Counted from the first letter of the stretch, positions 36,866-50,248 are shown. The stretch: 64,000 nucleotides of DNA from Mobula hypostoma (GCF_963921235.1 NC_086101.1:13454001-13518000), one strand, 5' to 3'. Made by a program: numbers and translations. Notes: a model not told the origin generated them from the sequence alone.

Positions 36866-38310
36866 CCCAGTTAGACGAGGATTGAGTTCAAGAATTGTGA
36901 GGTAATGTTGCAACTCCATAAAACTCTGGTTAGACCACACTTGGAATATTGTGTTCAGTTCTAGTTGCTTTATTATAGGAAGGTTGTAGAAACTTTAGAG
37001 AGGGTTCAGAGGAGATTCCCCAGGATGGTCCCTGGATTAGGGAGCAAGTCTTATGAGGATAGGTTTTGCAAGTTAGAGCTTTTCTCTTTGCAGTGAAGGA
37101 GACTAAGAGGTGACTTGATAGAGTTGTACAAGATGATAAGAGGCATAGATTGAGTGGACAGCCAGGACTATTTTCCCCCAACATGGAAATAGCTAATACA
37201 AGGGGTGATTGGAGAAACATATAGGAAGGATGTCAGACATAGGTGTTTTTTTAATCACAGAGAGTGATGGATGCTTGGAATGTGCTGTCAGGGATGGTGG
37301 CAGAGGCACATACATTAGGGACATTGAATGGACTCTCAGATAGGTGCATAGATAAAAGACAAATGGAAGGCAATCTCGGAGGGAAGAGTTAGATTGATCA
37401 GGAATACGGTTTTAAGACAGATTGTTTCTGATGACACAAAAGTTGGGGAGGTGACACAAAAGTAGGAGGTGTTGTGGAAAGTCTGGAGGGTTGTCAGAGG
37501 TTATAGCACAACATTGATAGGATGCAGAACTGGGGTGAGAAGTGGCAGATGCAGATCAGCTCAGGTAAGTGTGAAGTGGTTCATTTCGTTAGGTCAAAAA
37601 CTTGAAGACAGAATATAATGTTAATGGTAAGTGTGGAAGATCAGCAAGATTTGGGGACACTCAAAGCTGCTGTGCATGTCGACAGTGTTGTTAAGAAGGC
37701 GTATGGTGTGTTGACCTTCATCAACTGTGGGATTGAGTTCAGGAGACAAGAGGTAATGTTACAGCTATAGAAGACCTTGGTCAGATCCAAGTAATGTGCT
37801 CAGTTCTGGTCACCTCACTACAGGAAGGATGTAAATGCTATAGAGAGAGTGCAGAGGAGATTTACAAGGATGTTGCCTGGATTGGGGAGTATGCCTTATG
37901 AGAACAGGTTGAGTGAACTTGGCCTTTTCTCCTTGGAGCGACTGAGGATGAGAGGTGACCTGATAGAGGTGTATAAGAGAAGGATTGATCATGTGGATAG
38001 TCAGAGGCTTTCTCCCAGGGCTGAAATGGCTGCCACAAGAGGACACAGGTTTAAGCTGCTGGGGAGTAGGTACAGAGATGTCAGGGGTAAGTTTTTTTTA
38101 CTCAGAGCGTGGTGAGTGCGTGGAATGGGCTGCCAGCAACGGTGGTGGAGGCGGATACAATAGGGTCTTTTAAGAGACTCTTAGATAGGTACAGGGAGCT
38201 TAGAAAAATAGAGGGCTATGCATTAGTAAAATTCTAGGCAGTCTCTAGAGAAGGTTACATGGTCTACACGACATTGTGGGCTGAAAGACCTGTAGATTTC
38301 TATGTTCTAT
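36866..38310 (+). mobile_element. Two tandem CR1 3' fragments
   Basis: QRRFTRMLPGLGSMPYENRLSELGLFSLE; CR1 tail tttctatgttctat at about 38300. Confidence 0.85.
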
Positions 38311-38889
38311 GGCAGATCAGGCCTTGAACTACTAAATGGCCACGCAGTTGCCCTGAAATGAGTCACAGATCTTTCAAAGAAAGTAAGGGCAGCTGCCAAG
38401 AGTAAAACAAAACTCTTTCTACGCGTATTTCTTCATCCATTTCAGCAGATGTCTTCCAAAGGGGGAGAGAATAGAGACGATTCGCCGTTTCCCAAAATCC
38501 GCGGGGTTAAAGCAGCAAGTTCAAAGTCAGGTTTGTTGCAGAGGTATGCGTACGCAGGAAATAAATTCAATGGAAAATAACTTGGTACACAGCATATTAT
38601 AAGCATTAACAGAAACTTAAATTGACATAATTTAACCAAAAAAAAACAATAGAGGAAATTGAAAAGGAAACAAAAAAGTAATACAGCCCGAGGTTAGGTT
38701 CCGGAAGTGTTGAACCCGGCCAAAGGAAAAGTACAGTACTGTATACAACTTGAAGAGCTGCGGGGTGGGCGACGTGCCGGGGCGAACCCAACTCCGTGAG
38801 CAGGAGCAGGTTGGTTCCACCTCGTCCGCTTCCCGCCTTTAAAAGGAGAGCAGCCGCCGCCGCGCCGCGTCTTGAGGCGAGTGCGTGGG

Positions 38890-39582
38890 ATGGCTGACAT
38901 GGTTCCTGCTAACGACGAGGGCGCGGCTCCCAACTGCCCCTTTCCTGCCACCAGTGGCCTGCTCTCGGCTGCCAAGAAGAAGGCAGGTTATAGGGCACAG
39001 AAGAAGAAAGGCACGGTGGCCGCCACCAAGGAGCGCCAGGCGACCAAGCTGGGCGCCGTGAAGACCACCTCGGCCGCCGGCTCCCGCCCTCGTCAGCCGC
39101 CCGACACCTTGCGTTGCAAAGGTTCCGCCGGCAGCTCTGCTTCCGCTCTCCGCTCGAATCAGGAGGGGGAAGGCGAGCAGAGAGAGGTCGAGAAGCAGAG
39201 CAAAAAGGTGGTTCGGAAGAGAGCTGCAGCCGCAAAGCCCACTGCCCGGAAAAGAGCCGCAGCAGCCGAGCCCAGTGCCCGGAAAAGAGCCGCAGCAGCC
39301 GAGCCCAGTGCCCGGAAAAGAGCCGCAGTAGCCGAGCCCGCTGCCCGGAAAAGAGCCGCAGCAACCAAGCCCGCTGCCCGGAAAAGAGCCGCAGCAACCA
39401 AGCCAGCTGCCCGGAAAAGAGCCGCAGCAACCAAGCCAGCTGCCCGGAAAAGAGCCGTAGCAACCAAGCCCACTGCCCGGAAGCCGGCGGCCAAAAGCCC
39501 TCGCAAGTGCACGACCGCCATGGCCAAAAAAGCGCCCAAGCGGCCCGCTGTTTACAGGGCAGCCAGGCCGTCAAACAGATAG
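38890..39582 (+). CDS. H1-derived basic protein with deleted globular domain and 8 x 11-aa repeat, 230 aa
   Basis: Residual H1 blocks VAATKERQ, SAAG, KGS; clear paralogy to 56825-57421; open frame; TTTAAAA about 50 nt upstream; perfect stem-loop 27 nt after the stop. Confidence 0.85.
   Translation: MADMVPANDEGAAPNCPFPATSGLLSAAKKKAGYRAQKKKGTVAATKERQATKLGAVKTTSAAGSRPRQPPDTLRCKGSAGSSASALRSNQEGEGEQREVEKQSKKVVRKRAAAAKPTARKRAAAAEPSARKRAAAAEPSARKRAAVAEPAARKRAAATKPAARKRAAATKPAARKRAAATKPAARKRAVATKPTARKPAAKSPRKCTTAMAKKAPKRPAVYRAARPSNR
39214..39477 (+). repeat. 33-bp coding tandem repeat x8 (RKRAAA[A/T][K/E]P[A/S/T]A)
   Basis: Unit cggaaaagagccgcagcaaccaagcccgctgcc. Confidence 0.95.
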
Positions 39583-39609
39583 ATGGAAGCCAACTATCCG
39601 AACACAAAA

Positions 39610-39625
39610 GGCTCTTTTCAGAGCC
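39610..39625 (+). promoter_or_regulatory. Histone 3' stem-loop
   Basis: AAAA-GGCTCTTTTCAGAGCC-AC; canonical. Confidence 0.95.
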
Positions 39626-40398
39626 ACGCACACATTTCTATCGAAGGGCTATAGATATTAAAGGCACATTACGGCACAATCAAGCTTTAACATCTTTTTC
39701 AATCCTTTCAATAATCCATATAAATTTGGAAAAGTTCAACAAATGCCGGATATGTATTTTACTGTATCACACGCATGCTGACAAGCAAATTCTTCATCCT
39801 TTTTATGCGTTTGCTGTCCAAACTAATAGTATAAAACAGGTCTATATCGAAAATAAAACTATGTTTACTTCTGCCTTCATATTTTTCTCATTTTTCTCTC
39901 TTGCTGCTCAATATTTAATTTGATTTTGCTATGGTTGTGGTTTTTGTGGATATGCTGGTTTTTTTTGCTCGTTTGTAATAAAAAATATTTTTTAAAAATA
40001 AGCTTGATGGGAAATTTTGCAGCAATTCATGACATTTGACAACTTTTACTGAAATTAAATTATTCAATATAAATCATGTTAACCTTTTAGACCTGACGTC
40101 AATGGTTCATATCAAATATATTGTATACTCAATACACAATTACTTTATCCCAGTCTCTGGAATATTTATAAGATTAAAGGATATTAAATAAAATGAATAA
40201 TAATTATGTTTTTGTAGAAAAACCTTGCTGGGTTAATCTAGACTTGCAAACAAGCGATCTAGAAAACGGAGCTGATTTGTCTTCTTACACAAAATGCTGT
40301 AGAATTTAGCAGACCAGATAGCATCTATGGAAAAAAGTACCTAACCCTAAAAGTATTTTTTTCCGTCGATATTGCCTGGCCTGCTGAGTTCCTCCAGC

Positions 40399-40401
<3 letters not shown>

Positions 40402-40439
<38 letters not shown>
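40402..40439 (+). repeat. (TG)n microsatellite within a Penelope-end relic
   Basis: About 19 TG units. Confidence 0.9.
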
Positions 40440-40440
<1 letters not shown>

Positions 40441-40497
40441 GCTCGGATTTCCAGCATTGCAGATTTTCTGCTGTTTCTGATTTGTCTTCTCATTGGT

Positions 40498-40560
40498 CCA
40501 ATTTTGAATACCTGGCTATCCAATCAGAAAGCGGATTTAGAGCCCAAATTGCTATAAAAG
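40498..40560 (+). promoter_or_regulatory. H2A promoter (two CCAAT boxes, TATAAAA)
   Basis: CCAAT at about 40498 and 40520; TATAAAA at about 40553. Confidence 0.8.
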
Positions 40561-40603
40561 GAGACGCCGCGGGGTTGCTTCATCATTCTCGTTTCGGGCG
40601 TGA

Positions 40604-41008
<405 letters not shown>

Positions 41009-41039
41009 ATACAACAGGCAAAATTTAAAAAAAAACAAA

Positions 41040-41055
41040 GGCTCTTTTAAGAGCC
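41040..41055 (+). promoter_or_regulatory. Histone 3' stem-loop (H2A)
   Basis: GGCTCTTTTAAGAGCC. Confidence 0.95.
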
Positions 41056-41789
41056 AGCCAATCAATTTTTAAAGTGCTTGATCACAATTTCGTTTTGGTT
41101 CCATACCTCGAATAAGATAATTTTGGAGGTGTAACGTGGTAGTTACCAGAGGTTTCTAAACAGTTTAGGACTGGAGGAACATGTTAAGATGGTGAGTGAA
41201 TTGTTTACCCCAGAGGACTGTGATGGTGGATTGGGTCTTGGAGTTTTAGGAGACTAGGAAATGGGAGAACCGATAAGGGGACCGGCGACGAGACAGATCA
41301 CCCTTGATCATACTGGATATCCTAAACCACTACAAATGAAAGGCAGGACAGGCTTGAGGGGCAAGTGGTCTACACCTGCAAGGTAAAATATTTGCACCAC
41401 AATATCCAGATGACTTCAGCTTTAACACAGTTTCGGAAGAGAATTCTAGGCCATCTTGTCAGGAACTTCACTTAGAGAGTATTCAGTATAACTACTACCT
41501 TACCAGCTTGGGTAGTTTGTACCCTTCATAAATTCACCTTAATTCTTGGATCTCTTTTATCCAAGAACTACATCACCACTTCATGATAGATATCGTTAAC
41601 TTGTTCCATGGTTGATATGCATGTGCTTTGTTCCCCTGCCTCGCCTTTAATATGTGACATTTCCAACCTCTGAAACCTGAAATTACTTGTCAAGTTTATT
41701 GTCATTTAACTATATATAAATAACCTATATATCCATATATTGAAACTGAAGCATTTCTCCAAACTAGGGTGTAAAGCACAGTAATACAC

Positions 41790-42230
41790 ATGGTTAAGAT
41801 TTGTACTGCTAAGCTGCAGGTATTTCATGTTAGCAGCTCTGTAAGACGGTCTGTTGTATTTAGGTTTCGGCTGAGATAAGAGGCTTCTTGTCTAAGGTAG
41901 GATTGTGCTGTCAGCCAATCAGAACGGTGGAATTGAGAGAAGGTTCTGGAGAAAGCTGGGCTGAGGTGTGTTTTTTGGCGGGAGCTGGGAGAAGACAGGA
42001 GGGAAGATGGCCGAGGATGCCGCCCCTGTTGCGCAAGGTGCTTTGTGCAGATGAATGGCTTCTAGGAGCAAAGACCGATACTCCCGCGGGAGACCTGTTT
42101 GTTCGAGATGGATTTCGAGCGACGCTTTGGAAGGCGGCGTGTGCGTTCACGCAGACTGAGAGTCCAGCGCCCAGTTGGACGACTGCAAGATGAGCTCCGA
42201 CTTAAGTGCGCATTTGACTGCTTAAGAATA
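41790..42230 (+). mobile_element. LTR-like repeat fragment
   Basis: Shares gttcgagatggatttcgagcg and aggtgctttg.gcagatgaatggctt with the reverse complement of 58090-58190. Confidence 0.55.
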
Positions 42231-42849
42231 GTGGGCCATGTGTCTGGCCCCAGTGCAGCCCCAGAACACACTACCCCTGATCTGTACGACTTTTAGTGTG
42301 GGTGGAAGCCGGGGCACCAAGAGGAAACCCGCGTTCTCATGGGGAGAATGTACAGATACGTTACGGACAGCAGTGGGAACTGAGCCTCGACAGCCGGCAC
42401 TGTAAACGCTACACTCCTGTGCCACTCGCCCCTTTCATTGCATGAAGACCTCAACCAGGTGAAACACTCTGTCAAGGTCTATATGAATTTATCTTTTTCA
42501 ATGAGATCACTAAACTCTCGAGAATAAAGAATCAGTCTGCTCAATCTCTGTTAAAGCAAACCTGCCACCCAAGGAACTGATCTGGCGAAGCTTTGTAGAA
42601 CTCTCTTTATGTTGTCGAGTCATAGGGCTACGGTCACAGCGTGTCTGCCTGAGCTCGTCCCTCCTGTGAGCTTGGCCCATACTTCTCTGAACCTTTCCTA
42701 TCCATGTACCTGTCTAGATGTCTTTTAAGCATTGAAATTTTACCTGTTTTTACAACTTCGTCTGGTAGCTCATTCCTAATACGTACCCATTGCCCTGTGT
42801 GAATAAAATAAACCAGACATGAGTACAAAACCGCTGAGAGATTCCGGTT

Positions 42850-43190
42850 TGACGCTGGCACAGCTGCTGACACAAAGCACCAAAGCCCCGGGTTTGATCC
42901 TGACCTCTGGTGCTATCGGTACAGGGTTTGTACGTGCTGTCTGTAACCGTATGGGCTTCCACTGGGTGATCAGGTTACCTCAACATCCCTAAGACATGCA
43001 GATGAGTATATTAAATGGCAGCTGCTAAAGCCCCTAGTTTGTGGGTGAGTTGTAGAGTCTGAGGAGTTGAGAGGAATGTAGGGAGAATAAAATAGATTAA
43101 GAGAGGATTAGTGTCATTGTGTGGTTGATGACTGCCATGGATCTGGTGTGGATGAGGGGTTAGTTTCCTCACTGTATCTTTCTCTAAGTC
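42850..43190 (+). mobile_element. tRNA-derived SINE relic
   Basis: B-box-like gggtttgatcc, then a central domain and CR1-like tail; related copies near 9340, 28920, 42250, 48650 and 53130. Confidence 0.55.
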
Positions 43191-43199
43191 TCTTCCTGT

Positions 43200-44135
43200 T
43201 CTACATAAGAAATAGGAGTAGGCCATCCGGCCCATCGAGCCTGCCCCACCACTCAATAAGGTCATGGCTGATCTGTCCATAAACTACCTGCCTTTTCCCC
43301 ATAACCCTTAATTACCCTATGTAAAAATCTATCTGACTGTATCTTAAATATATTTAGTGAAGAAGCCTCAACTGCTTCCCTGGGCAGAGAATTCCACAGG
43401 TTCTCCACTCTCTGGGAAAAACAGTTTTCCTCATCCCCATCCTAACTCTTCTCCCCTGAATCTTGAGGCAATGTCCCAGAGTTCTAGTCTCACCTACCAA
43501 TGGAAACAACTTTCCTACTTCTATCTTATCTATCCCTTTCAAAATTCTGTATGTTTCTATAAGATCCCCTCTCATTCTTCTGAATTCCAAAGAGTACAGT
43601 CCCAGGTGACTCAATCTGTCCTCATAGATTAACCCCTTCATCCCTGGATCCAACCTGGTGAACCTCCTCTGCACTGCCTCCAAACCAGTATATCCTTCCT
43701 CAAGTATGGAGACCAGAACTGCACACAATACTCCAGGTGCGGCCTCACCAGTACCCTGTATAGTTGCAGCATTACTTCCCTGCTCTTGAATTCAATCCCT
43801 CCAGCAATGAAGGCCAACATTCTGTTTCCCTTCTTAATAACCTGTTGTACCTACAAGCCAACTTTTTGCAATTCATGCACAAGCATTCCCAAGTCCCTCT
43901 GCACAACAGCATGCTGCAATCTTTCACCATTTAAATAATAATCTGCTCCTCTGATATTCCTTCCAAAGTGGATGATCTCACATTTACCAACGTTGTATTC
44001 CATCTGCCCACTCACTTAACCTATCTATATCCCTCTGCAGACTCTCCACATCCTCTGTACAATTTTCTTTTCCACTCAGTCTAGTGTCATCAGCAAATTT
44101 TGCTACATTACACTCAGTCCCCTCTTCCAAATCAT
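43200..44135 (-). mobile_element. CR1 3' fragment
   Basis: LQLYRVLVRPHLEYCVQFWSPYL, LEAVQRRFTRL, RRMRGDLIETY. Confidence 0.88.
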
Positions 44136-45080
44136 CCTTAAGAATATTCTTCCTTTAACTAGTTATTACAAAGTCTCCTCCCCACTACATTTCGTACCTT
44201 TTTTAAAATCCTGAATAAACTTCTATTTGAGTTTTCAGTGTTTTATCTGCTCCCTTATCCTGACTGGCTGTGTCATCGTCTGGAACGAGAACTGTACTAT
44301 CCTCAATCGCAGGACACTGCAGAGAGTGGTGCGGACAGCCCAGCACGCCTGTGGAAGATTTTTACTCCCTTGGATGTAAGAAATAAAATAAATACAATGC
44401 AATACAAAGCATCGGTTTGTTGGCAAACAGTTTCCATCACTGGGTTTAAACTCAGGCCACAGCATGGATTGTTATCGTTTAAAAGCTCTTCCACGGTAGA
44501 CTTATGATCCAAGGCCAGTCTTATTTCACCGATCATCCATCCATTCCACTTGAAGAACGCTTATACAGAGGGCAGTTTCAGAGGCTGCAAAACATTTTGA
44601 ACGACCAAGATCAGGATAGTGCAATACAACCACTGCCACTTCCTTTTAAAAAAAAAGTCAGTTAAATATTTCAAACACAAGCAATTCTGCAGATGCTGGA
44701 AATTCAAGCAACACACATCAAAGCTGCTGGTGAACGCAGCAGTTAAATATTTCGGCACTTTTGTTGAAACCAAAGAACCACAATAACAAGATGTGAGAAA
44801 GATTAAAGAAATTTGCTTTATTTTTGTCACATGTACATCGAAACGTCGAAACACTGAAATGCGGCGTGTTCTCAAAGGAGAAGGATTCCAATTCGCTAAA
44901 ACGGATAATCCATTTTTTATACCATTGGCTGAATGGAGAATTTTATTCCCGCCTATCATTCAGGCCAAGCAGAGACAAATGAAGTAATGACCAATGAAAA
45001 TTGCAATATTGCAATCAGATTAATAGATATATAAGGAGAGGCTATGCTTCCTGGTGCTTGTTAAGAAGTGGGATGTTGGG

Positions 45081-45457
45081 ATGATGTGAAATTGTTAGGA
45101 GTAGTGGTACTAAAGCCAAGACTCGATCATGTCGCGCTGGATTGTAGTTCCCTGTAGGTCGTATCCATCGCCTTTTTCCCGGAGGGAATTATGCTGAATG
45201 AGTAGGGGCTGGAGCTCCGGTCTATCTGGCGCATTTCTCGAGTATCTAACGGCCCAGATCTTGGGACTGGCGGGTAACGCGGCCCGGGACGACAAGAAGA
45301 TGAGGATCATTTCCCGCTACCTACAGCTCGCCGTCTGCAACGATGAAGAGCCCAACTGTTGTGTGGTGTCACCATCGCCCAGCGTGGAGTACAGCCCAAC
45401 CTTCAGGCTGGGCTGCTGCACAAGAAAATGGGTCAACCCAGCAAAATATACATCTGG
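45081..45457 (+). pseudogene. Histone H2A pseudogene
   Basis: [20 protein letters not shown]...[15 protein letters not shown] / [39 protein letters not shown] / [30 protein letters not shown]; stops and frameshifts; CCAAT 44991 and TATA about 45027; no stem-loop found. Confidence 0.9.
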
Positions 45458-46620
45458 GCGATCAAGCAAACATTCAGACTGGTATATTACAAGCTCACCA
45501 GTCTTATTTCTAAAGGGCCTCAATTTAATTACACGGATTCATGAGAGGCGAAAGCTGGAAATGTGTCCGAATATTCTGCGCCTAGTTCATTTTGGATTTG
45601 TGCTTGACTATCTTTAATTTATTAAATTAATGCAATAAATTTGTTGCAATTAAAAACTTACTTCAATCACCTAAATGTGTGTGTCGGGTTGGGGGATGGT
45701 GAAGGAGAGCATTTAAAACCTGTCTCAGTTTTCACGGAAACTTCCCTTTGAGTTGATCTGTGCGGCAAACTTTTAAACATTCATTAGCGGATAATACAAT
45801 AAGGGAAACCTCAGGAAAGCGAGGAGGGTTGTTCCAAAAGGTTTCGAAAAAAATAACTCCATGACGAACCCTCTGCATGCAGAAGGCGCAGTTTCCTGCC
45901 CAAAGTTCATCAATCCACTCGACAAATATTGCAGTTAAACTTGCCCTCATGCTAATTATAAAATTAATTTCATTCACAAGTCTTAAAATAACATGAACTT
46001 GGAAGGGGCTTTTCACCTTGTAAGTTATTTAATTAGCGGGATGTATCTTCTAAATAAACTCAAAACGGCAAGGACTATCCCATATTGAATACTGGTTAAC
46101 AGCTACCTTAGAAGTTCACAGCAAAAAAGAGTTTTTTGGTGGCAAATGCTTTAATTGGGGAGAAACACATTTTGATAGCATTTTTAAAAACTGCCACCGT
46201 TTAAATATCGTATTTCTGTGGTACAAATACAAATATTCTGGTTACCAAGTAGCAATTGTGTACTAAGAAACGTAGTTTGCATACAGTTCCTCTACATGAA
46301 TTCAAAAGTGACCAATCAATGGGTTTCATTTTAACCAATGATATTATTTCACGAACCACCAATCAGAATTTGTAATTGCGTCCCACGGAATTTGCCCAGT
46401 ACCCAGAAAGCAGAAGCTGACGTAAAGGCGGGTGAACCAATGAGAACGTAGTCTTTCACCCAATGACGGCGACGTTGTTAGATTTTGCATTTTGACAAAG
46501 ATGTTTGGCAAAAGATACGTATTCACTCACATATCTAATAAAAAAAAGATATTTAAATGCAATCGTTTCAACCGTCCCGGTTTATATGGCGCTGGTGAAG
46601 CACAGCGACAACTTGCTGGT

Positions 46621-47425
46621 CATGGTCATAGTCATAGTCGTGCTTTATTGATCCCGGGGTAGCAAACAAAACAACCAAAACGCTATGGTCATAGTCATAC
46701 TTTAATGATGCCGGGGGAAATTGGTTTTCGTTACAATTGCACCATAAATAATAAATAGTAATAAAACCATAAATAGTTAAATAATAATATGTAAATTATG
46801 CCAGTAAATTATGAAATAAGTCCAGGACCAGCCTATCGGCTCAGGGTGTCTGACCCTCCAAGGGAGGAGTTGTAAAGTTTGATGGCCACAGGCAGGAATG
46901 ACTTCCTATGACGCTCTGTGTTGCATCTCGGTGGAATGAGTCTCTGGCTGAGTCTCCTGTGCCCAACCAGTACATTATGTAGTGGATGGGAGACATTGTC
47001 CAAGATGGCATGCAACTTGGACAGCATCCTTTTTTCAGACACCACCGTGAGAGAGTCCAGTTCCATCCCCACAACATCACTGGCCTTACAAATGAGTTTG
47101 TTGATTCTGTTGGTGACTGCTACCCTCAGCCTGCTGCCCCAGCACACAACAGCAAACATGACAGCACTGGCCACCACAGACTCGTAGAACATCCTCAGCA
47201 TTGTCCGGCAGATACTAAAGGACCTCAGTCTCCTCAGGAAATAGAGACGGCTCTGATCCTTCTCGTAGACAGCCTCAGTGTTCTTTGACTAGTCCAGTTT
47301 ATTGTCAATTCGTATCCCCAGGTATTTGTAATCTTCCACCATGTCCACACTGACCCCCTGGATGGAAACAGGGGTCACCGGTGCCTCCGCTCTCCTCAGG
47401 TCTACCACCAGCTCCTTAGTCTTTT
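46621..47425 (-). mobile_element. Rex1/Babar 3' fragment (same family as 14707 and 60110)
   Basis: MLRMFYESVVASAVMFAVVCWG...SFLPVAIKLYNSS; (CTATGA)n tail present twice. Confidence 0.85.
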
Positions 47426-50248
47426 TTTATTATTAGTGTAGTAATCATACTTTTTCTCAGATACGATAATCGTAATCATTAACCTGTAACTTTCCTTGAG
47501 CTTATCAACTGAGTGTGTGACCTGGCATTTTTGCGGTGTGAACTGAAGTCTCGAAGGTGCAGGACAGTTTCAGCGTGGTGGGTATGGGCCGAAGCGAGGC
47601 GGCGGGGCCAGGGCCCAAGACTGCAGAATGAGCTAATGTTTGCCCGTTGCAGGAGCGAGACAGCTGGGCTCGGTCCGCGTCTGAGAGCGAGGAATGGCCC
47701 AAGGTTTGCTGATTTAAGTGCAGGGTCAGATTGAAAAGGTTAGGTTGTCAGGTCCGGAGGCGAGGTACGGGCCAATGTTCAGCATGTTTCTGCGCACAAG
47801 CCAGACTATGGCCTGCAACTAACGGGCTCCTGGATCGGCTGCAATGATATCTAGCTTTGTGACTTTCACGTTCCTGAACATCAGTTCCGAATGTTATTTG
47901 TTTGCTTCTATTTGCACGATTTTTTTTTCTGCACACTGAGTTTTTGACGGGTTTTTAAATAGGTTCTATTGGGTTTCTTTGTTTTGTGGCTGTGTGTAAG
48001 GTCTAACATCTGTGAACCTTAACGGATGAAGTTCCAGTTCTCCAAGCAGACTCTCTCTGGTTATTGATTACTCTGTCACCTCTATTGTGCCACAATGTCC
48101 GCAAAAATGTTAGTCATTCCCTGACAAACAACTTTGATATTACAGCACAAGTTTTCACTCGGAGACGAAGCCAGGACGACGGGCGATGCTGTAGATGAGG
48201 AGCGCATCGGGATGGGCAGCGGTACTTGTAGTATTTGCCTTTAAGATACTGGAACAACAATAAAGACTTCTTCAACATTATTTAGGTGCCAAGTATTTTC
48301 ACTGTGTAAACACTAATGGGATTCTTAATGTTCCTTTGTTACTGACAGCAATCAAGGAGGCTATTCTACCAGTTTATATTGGCTCTTTGAAATATCTGTC
48401 CAATTTATCCCGTCCATTCCACATGAAACTGCAAATATTCCAGTTCTAAAAGTTAATATTTGAATACCACCATGTTCCTTGTGCTGTAGCGACCATAAAC
48501 ATACAGGAGCTTTCTCCAAATTCTGCTCTCGGTGGCTTGAGTAACTTGTCGATTACATGTGTGATTTGTCGGAATTTTCGTCTCAACATGAACGATAGGC
48601 TCAATAGTGGAGTCAGAGCCCTACAGGCCTTTCGGCCCACCATGTCGATGCAGATCATTGAGTAGCGCAACACTATTATAGCGCCAGGGAACAGGGTTCA
48701 ATTCTCACCGCACCGGAGATGGTGCGTTCTCCCCGTGACCGCGTGGGGTTCCTCCAGGTGCTCTGGTTTCCTCCCACCTTCCAAGGATATGCAGGTTAGG
48801 ATGAGTAAGGTTAGACATGCTATGGTGGCACTTGCAGGCTGCCCCCCAGCACATTTCAGACTGTTGGTCATTGACACAAACGACGTATTTCACTGTATGT
48901 TTGAATGTTTCAATATACATGGGACACACTAAGCTAATCTTTAAACCATCCCCATTTAGCAGCGTTTGGTCTGTAGCCTTCTACACCTTGGTGATTAAAT
49001 CCACCGCCCCCTCGGGCAGTGTGTTCCAGAGTCTAACCAACCTCGAAGGGAAAATAATCCTACTTCTCTTCCCTTCTAAACCTCTTGCCCTTATCCTAAT
49101 CATGCTCTCCAGTTTTAATACTGTTAATCTCACTCTGCAGAAACCTCTCCCTACCTTCCCTCCTCTGCCCAGCTGCATGTCTCTCTTTTCCTTCCTCCTT
49201 CATGCTTTGCACTGTTGTAACTATATGTTATAATTATGTGGATTTTGTCAGTTTTAGTCTTGGTTTGTCCTGTGTTTCTGTGATATCATTCTGGAGGAAC
49301 ATTGTATCATCTTTTAATGCATGCATTTCTAAATGACAATAAATGAGGACTGAGTGTCCTCATAATCTAATGTATTTATCCAGCTTCCTTTTCCATCTAT
49401 TCTCCTCAACCACTCCCTATGACAGCAAGATACACCTTGTCACTCTGACCTTCAATATCGCATGTTAGTTTGATTTCTCTCTTAGAAGGAAGTTTCTTTT
49501 AATCTTAATTTAATTATCAAGGATCAACTTTATTGGCCATGCACATTTAAATGCATTAGGAATTTGCTGTGGTGAGTTGATCGTGCAACAGAAAACAAAA
49601 TTCAGCAATTATAAAGAATAAAGGATTATACTGCCTCATGTAAACTTCAAGGTTAAAGTATGGATATGGATAAAATGTACATCAATACATAAATAACAGC
49701 AAGTATTTACAATGTAAACATGCTGTTCTCTATCTGCACTGTATTCTGCGTTTATTATAGAAACTAGTCATATGAGTAGTGGCTTGGTGAAAGTGAAGGG
49801 AATAAGTCACATATTCGTGCTTTGCTCTTTACAGTTTGTAGCTTGGGACCGCTGAATGTCGTGTCTTTTGCAGATCACTCAATAATGTTCAATTGTGCTT
49901 AGCTTACGCTTGCTAATTGCTAATAAAGAACCTAACGAAGAATTAGGCTTTTTGGAGCAGTCATGCAAGTACAACAAATCTGTAGGGTCACCAGCAGCAG
50001 CAATTGTTTTGGTTTGGTTTGGTTTTGCCACTACAAAGAGTGTTAAAATGTTTACAGTGGAGTGCAGTGGTGGGGTTAATAGACAGAGGAGAGAAGGGAG
50101 GAACTAACTAGAATGGTTGATCGGATTAACTGAAGGGAGAAACTTTTAAGATGGTGTGGAGTTTTTGTTTTAATAGCCCTATAGCTCCTTCCAGAAGGGA
50201 GCTTTTGGAAAAGGCAGCTTGCAAAGTGGTAATGTCCACAATGAGTTG

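Noticed and set aside
46586-46620. atggcgctggtgaagcacagcg resembling the start of H3
   Set aside because: It matches the 5' end of the interspersed repeat at 32200-32245 (minus), so it is repeat sequence.
48330-48673. Faint H2B-like (minus) or H3-like (plus) wording
   Set aside because: Similarity is at chance level and the two readings contradict each other.
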